In this document: positions 59,056 to 64,000 of the stretch, in pieces
Position numbering within the stretch: the stretch's first letter is position 1
How the letters are laid out: every line of letters starts with the position of its first letter
Origin: Selaginella moellendorffii
Lineage: Eukaryota > Plantae > Lycopodiophyta
DNA: 64,000 nucleotides
Assembly (NCBI RefSeq): GCF_000143415.4
Contig: NW_003314360.1
Span: 298,435 to 362,434 of the forward strand
Reading direction: 5' to 3'
Notes under the pieces: model-generated
What the model was told of the DNA's origin: nothing
The model's input: the letters and a program-made list of their open reading frames with translations, nothing else
The model's database searches: none
Translations under genes and position numbers: made by a program

Positions 59056-62000
59056 TTAATGAATCTCACCTTGAACCCGAGTTATGAATGCTCTTGCTGC
59101 ATCTCTTGCATGGTCTGGCAAGGTGATGGTGGCACTCTGCTTCCGCATCCAACCATGCACAACATTATCCACCGATATGCTCATGCTGGGATCCCTTGGA
59201 TTCAGCACCCATCTCTTTTCTAGGCAATCCTTCGTATATCCGGAACTTGGCTTGAACCACTCCACAGTTACATTGAAGGAGTTAGTTTCTGCGTCCTCCT
59301 CTGCATCAGTGATGCAGCGCCCCACCCATATCATTTGTTTTTTATTACTGGGTCTGACAAGCACGACCATTCCTTTGCAGACCTGTACTGGATTGAATGC
59401 TGAATCCGGCTTCTTGTTCCTTGGCCCACAATAGTGATCCTCAACATCGTTATCTGTCACTGCATTTCCAGAGGACATTGTTCCGCTACTATCTGGTGCT
59501 CTGGGTTCTGGCCAAAAGGACTCTTCCAATTCTTCATATACAACCGGCCCATTTTGGATAGCAGATATAATCTTCTCCCAGTATTCGAGAAAAGGCTTGC
59601 ACCTCTGAAAATAGGATTCTCCACCAAACACCAACCCCCTCTTCCAGAAGGCAATATGCTGTCTAATCCCGGCCACTATACTTTCCTGGTCTTTGAGTCC
59701 ATCCGGGTGCATCGGCCGTGGGGAACCCTGAGGAATCATAGGTTCCCCAGTTATGGGATCTCTCTTGAAGAGTTCAATGCCGTCCACTGGCAGCCACACT
59801 GTGTCCCATTCTCTCATCTTGTACCTCATCACTGGAGCACCGTCACACATGCTGAAATGAAACTGAAGAGGCTTGGAGTGGCCAATCAGCGTTTCGGATC
59901 CATCCCTGATGTAGCCTCTTACAAACCCCTTAAAGTCTGGAACCTCTGTCAGAAGTGCAGCTTCAACAGTGCCTTTGATGCAATTTTGGAATTCATCGTA
60001 GAGTTGTGGGAGGGTGAGGACATTGGATCGCCGGAGGGACTCTGCCAGGTGACTGAACATGGCATCGACGTCTTCATGAGTGTGCCCAACCATGAGAAAG
60101 CCAAGTGTAACCGTTTCAAATATGCCTTTGGCAACAAGCATCGCCAAGTACGCGAAGACGTACATGTTTTTGTTCTCACTGCCAGCATTGTCTGTTTGGA
60201 GCAGAAGATGGGGTGGAAGGCCACATCGGCCGCAAGAACTTCCTTGAGATTCTGCTTCGTTTGGATGAGGCTGTGCATTCACCGGGCGACCAGCCTCGTC
60301 GGAATGGCATGAGGCCTCACGTGATAACCCTACAATCTGACGGCCAACATATTCACTGGGATGGCATGGGGCCCCACGCGATACTGCAAGCCTTTGCTCC
60401 TCCTCCAGCTGAACCCTGTATGGGGTTCGATCGACAAGGGCCTTATGCAAGGGTTGGCCGTTCAGCTCAGTCTGCGCACTTTGCAGAGACCTTAAGTGTT
60501 TTGCTAGGGACGCAATCATCATGTTTGCACCCCCGCCACCCCATAGAGGTACAAAGAAGTTCCCATAGTTCTGGGCACCATGCCCATGAGCGATTATGCC
60601 AAACAGAGACACAGGCAGCTGCATGGATGAAGAGATTGCCTTGGGGGCAGGATTGAGTCGAGGTAAGCACGTCTTTTTCTGGTCCATTTTGTCGTGGATG
60701 ATGCAGAGGTAAGAGTCAGGTCTCTCCATGGAGAGAATCCTGTTATGATAATATGCAGTCCTACAGCTTCTCTGCTCGATGTTGTGGTCGAGCCGCCTTC
60801 TAACCAACGTCTCTCGCTCTTGAGCGCTGCAAGAATTCTTCGACAAAGCCATTTTGATAGCAGTGCACTCGTCACACTTTGAAAAGCTGGAGTACTTTCC
60901 TATACTCACATCCCTGAACCTGTTGCTCCACAATCTACTAAATCTAGATTGGCTCAGCTTCCTGTAGCCATTACTCTGGAGTTCCCGATTCACATCTTCC
61001 AATATGGCCCCCTTGGTATACATGGAAGGGAGAACTCGTTGGGTGTCTCGTGTTCCATCTTCCAAGAGGCGGGTTTTATGTGGTTGCTGCTCGCTACATG
61101 TCTCGACAAACCTCTTGAAGATTGCCTCTCCATATACAACATGACCCCTGGTTTTGTGCGTACCGTCGTTCCCATGGACTGCCTGTTGAACCCTTTGTTC
61201 CTCGAACTCAGTTTTGATTCTGTAGAATGTGCTTCGAGGGACTCCATAAATGATTCTCCATGCCTTCATGCAGACCAAACCCCTCTGGAAGACCATGCCC
61301 CCCACCTGATGTTCTGAAGCATCAACAGATGACCGTAATGCCTCATACACAAAATTGCGAGCTGCCTTCCAGGACAATGTCTTGTATCTTGCTCTCTCCT
61401 CTTCAATAGCATCCCAATCAGCATGTTGACAGCACCTCCTCTTGCAACAAGCAACTGTCGAGACCATTCGAACCTCCATCGCCATTTTCTGCCTTTTCGG
61501 TTCGTTGCTCAGATCCCTTTGGCTGCGCTTTAGGAAGGTGTACTTTCTTTTCCCATGAAGAGATGTTCTGTCATCAGTTGTAGTGGTGTTTGATTGTGAA
61601 TCCTTCATATTCTCAAACACTAAGTGCCTCAATTTCCACCGCACAATGCTTCCAATAGTCAGACTGTTTTCTTCTGTGTCAACAACCTCTAAAATCGCAA
61701 CTCCAATATCATCCCAGCCCAATTCTTGATTAGCAACCGCATCTCTTGGATCGACAACTGTGGCTAAGCCCTCAGCTACCACCTCCCCCTCGGGGTTGTT
61801 TAGAAACACTTTTGCCTGAATCCATGTAGCACGGTTCTTAAGATCCACGGAGGGAACATGCGTCGCACTTGCGCTGTCCCCAACATCTGCTTTCTTCTGA
61901 AGATTTTTCAAGGCAACAACAACATTTACCCCGACGACCATCTCTCCTCGTTCAATAGCGACCACATTCCCATCGAAGACAGTCTCTACTGATACAGCAG

Positions 62001-62124
62001 CATTGCCTTCCCCAAGCCTTTGACAGTGTATAACAAAGTTCCGATCCATAGACACAAGGGTCCCTTTTGCAACTCTCTTCCCACCATTCAAAATGTAAAC
62101 CTTTTCCCCAACCCTGAAGGCCAT
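59056..62124 (-). CDS. DDD transposase, Sola-like, 1022-aa open ORF
   Basis: Motifs CCKRRCC, VCMKAW..IYGV...TF, FSKCDEC, CIIHDKMDQ, LLLQTDNAGSENKN and FLMVGHTHEDVDAMFS (catalytic core). A small terminal exon (to stop 58983) after a GT-AG intron 59069-59019 is possible, as is an upstream exon. Confidence 0.8.
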   Translation of the reverse strand: MAFRVGEKVYILNGGKRVAKGTLVSMDRNFVIHCQRLGEGNAAVSVETVFDGNVVAIERGEMVVGVNVVVALKNLQKKADVGDSASATHVPSVDLKNRATWIQAKVFLNNPEGEVVAEGLATVVDPRDAVANQELGWDDIGVAILEVVDTEENSLTIGSIVRWKLRHLVFENMKDSQSNTTTTDDRTSLHGKRKYTFLKRSQRDLSNEPKRQKMAMEVRMVSTVACCKRRCCQHADWDAIEEERARYKTLSWKAARNFVYEALRSSVDASEHQVGGMVFQRGLVCMKAWRIIYGVPRSTFYRIKTEFEEQRVQQAVHGNDGTHKTRGHVVYGEAIFKRFVETCSEQQPHKTRLLEDGTRDTQRVLPSMYTKGAILEDVNRELQSNGYRKLSQSRFSRLWSNRFRDVSIGKYSSFSKCDECTAIKMALSKNSCSAQERETLVRRRLDHNIEQRSCRTAYYHNRILSMERPDSYLCIIHDKMDQKKTCLPRLNPAPKAISSSMQLPVSLFGIIAHGHGAQNYGNFFVPLWGGGGANMMIASLAKHLRSLQSAQTELNGQPLHKALVDRTPYRVQLEEEQRLAVSRGAPCHPSEYVGRQIVGLSREASCHSDEAGRPVNAQPHPNEAESQGSSCGRCGLPPHLLLQTDNAGSENKNMYVFAYLAMLVAKGIFETVTLGFLMVGHTHEDVDAMFSHLAESLRRSNVLTLPQLYDEFQNCIKGTVEAALLTEVPDFKGFVRGYIRDGSETLIGHSKPLQFHFSMCDGAPVMRYKMREWDTVWLPVDGIELFKRDPITGEPMIPQGSPRPMHPDGLKDQESIVAGIRQHIAFWKRGLVFGGESYFQRCKPFLEYWEKIISAIQNGPVVYEELEESFWPEPRAPDSSGTMSSGNAVTDNDVEDHYCGPRNKKPDSAFNPVQVCKGMVVLVRPSNKKQMIWVGRCITDAEEDAETNSFNVTVEWFKPSSGYTKDCLEKRWVLNPRDPSMSISVDNVVHGWMRKQSATITLPDHARDAARAFITRVQGEIH

Positions 62125-62487
62125 TCTGAAAGTGCAGAAAAGAAGTTAAGACCATACAAAAAATGATTGGAGAATGGCCTAAATCATAACATACCAAACA
62201 ACCTCAATAGCATGAGGCCACATGCCATTATTCAAACATGCTATTGACACCCACGTGAAATTTCGCATTCACAAAATTGGCATGAGGCCTCATGCCATCT
62301 TGATATACACACAGCTGCAGGCAAGTAAAAACATACATGACAATACGCTAGCCATGAAATTGCAAGGGCCCAAGATGGCATGTGGCCTCATGCCATTTCT
62401 AAATGTGGTTCTAAGCCATTCCATGGTGAACATACCAGGAAGCACAAGTGCCGAATATCAAGAGGAAGCGGTAGCCACACCAAAGAC

Positions 62488-62640
62488 AGTGCCGCTCGCA
62501 ACATCGCAACTACTCGTAGCGCCGCTCGCAACACCGCAACTGCTCGTAGTGCCGCTTGCATAAACTGCCACTCGCATAAACTGCCGCCCGCAATGGCGCT
62601 CACAATGCCACAACCGCTCGTAAACGCATAAACCACAGCC
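62488..62640. repeat. Degenerate ~30-bp tandem repeat (gccgctcgcaac...) upstream of the transposase; also a ~36-bp tandem duplication at 62995-63062
   Basis: Direct reading. Confidence 0.7.
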
Positions 62641-63455
62641 CACAACGCCGCTTACACAAGCAGCGCTCACTGCGCTCAGCGGAACCAAGAACACGGCACA
62701 CAAAAATGATAGACCTAGGAATGAGTTCGAGAATTCAAAAATAACACACGCTTGAATGTCACATCAAATCCTCTGACAAACCAGATCTTATGATTCCTCT
62801 GACAAATTTCAAACTGAGTAGCTTCTAGACTTTGCTGTCGGAGGTTGAACTTTGTCACATCATGTCCTTGCCTCGATCCAGCTGTGCCATGTCAGTGATT
62901 CAAACTTTGCCATGCCATGTCAGCGATCCGCGCCAAGATTATTCGCCGTGTAAAGGAATAATTACGCTGTGTGTGTACGTCCATTTATGGCAATATAAGG
63001 CCACACGCCATTCAAAGAATAATGCTCAACATAAGGCCACACGCCATTCAAAGAATAATGCTAGTCGAGCATTTTTTGGTGCATTTTTGGGTTCAAAATT
63101 GCATGAGCCCACACGCTATAAAGTTTACCTGTACCAAAAATAGAAACAGCTTTATTTACTTGGGAATTTAAGTGGTTGAGGCATTTTTAAACTTACAAAC
63201 ACATGCCCTACTTACATTCCTTTGGTTGCCTAAAATTCAAAAATATTATAAACCTTTCTTTTTGCATTTTCAATGTTTTCAATTATGGTTTTTGATTTTC
63301 GTAGGACCAGCCTAGTAATCTATTTGCATCCCGTCATGTTTATAGCTAGCTTTCGTTCGTCCCCTTCGCTAGCCTGAGATACATCTGCTCGGCATCTGCC
63401 TCTTACAGCATTTGCCCAGAAAGGGCATCTTTCTTCACGTAGCATTTGCCACATG

Positions 63456-63488
63456 TTTAGGGTTTAGGGTTTAGGGTTTAGGGTTTAG
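63456..63488 (+). repeat. Interstitial plant telomeric repeat (TTTAGGG)4 + TTTAG
   Basis: Perfect repeats read directly. Confidence 0.95.
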
Positions 63489-64000
63489 CAATTCAGTAGC
63501 TTGATAAACATGCAAATACAGAACTTGATGCAAAATCCTTTGATATGTCACAATGCCCCTAGGACCATAAACACATTTCAATAGAGAGGGTCCTTTCATT
63601 TCATAACTCCTTACGTAGATCTTGGTGAAACCAGAGTTAGTGAAGTTAGTTTCTTGTGATCCCGCATCTGATTGTGATGTCCCTTTGCAGTTTCGATGGA
63701 AAGGTCAATGCACACCAAACTGTAAAATCTTGGAGCAAAATAACGGTCGGATCTATGGCAAATGCCCCTGAAACATTGTAAGGCTCGTGTGGTCTCATGT
63801 GGTGTCCGATTGAGATGCTTCTTTGCAGGGTCATCAAGAAAGACATTGTATACCATTCTGTAAAATCTAGTTGCGATCTAACGGTTGGATCTCCAGAAAA
63901 CTCAAAAAAATCTCGCGCGTGTCAGAATATCCTAGGAATATACTCCTATGTGCCCCTGAAAATGGCATGCGGCCCCACGCCATCAAGAGATAATGCCAGA

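Larger units (their letters stand above)
57848..64000 (-). mobile_element. Sola-like DNA transposon (other end outside the window)
   Basis: Terminus agctctatttcgttaaagtgggatttattcagtaaaatgggac (~57852) matches the MITE TIR. Recurrent palindromic motif TGGCATGnGGCCnCAYGCCA on both sides of the ORF (58077, 58482, 62209, 62278, 62376, 63963). Confidence 0.75.

Overview
Compact land-plant genomic DNA, most likely a lycophyte such as Selaginella. This is inferred from 50-70 nt introns, very short intergenic spacers, plant orthologues and TTTAGGG repeats. The left ~38 kb is a gene island. Apparently intact genes are an L-gulonolactone oxidase-like gene, a DUF506 gene, an intronless orphan signal-peptide/3-TM protein, pyruvate decarboxylase, TSR1 head-to-head with the m6A writer MTA, and a putative SWEET-like/OCT-MFS-like chimeric transporter. 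They are interspersed with pseudogenes: GDSL, CNX1 with an internal inversion, three TPR-gene copies, and a divergent NTPase-nuclease/membrane-protein pair scrambled by a 1.3-kb inversion. The right ~26 kb is a resolvable nest of transposons. An old non-chromo Gypsy contains a young 5S-rRNA-bearing Cassandra-type TRIM and a chromovirus. The chromovirus integrase appears to carry short spliceosomal introns, plus a solo LTR and a second TRIM inserted in one intron. Further right lie a self-priming Tcn1/Tf1-like chromovirus carrying a MITE, a SWIM-domain relic, and a Sola-like DNA transposon with an open 1022-codon transposase ORF that shares termini with the MITE. All family assignments come from motif recognition by eye, not from database searches.
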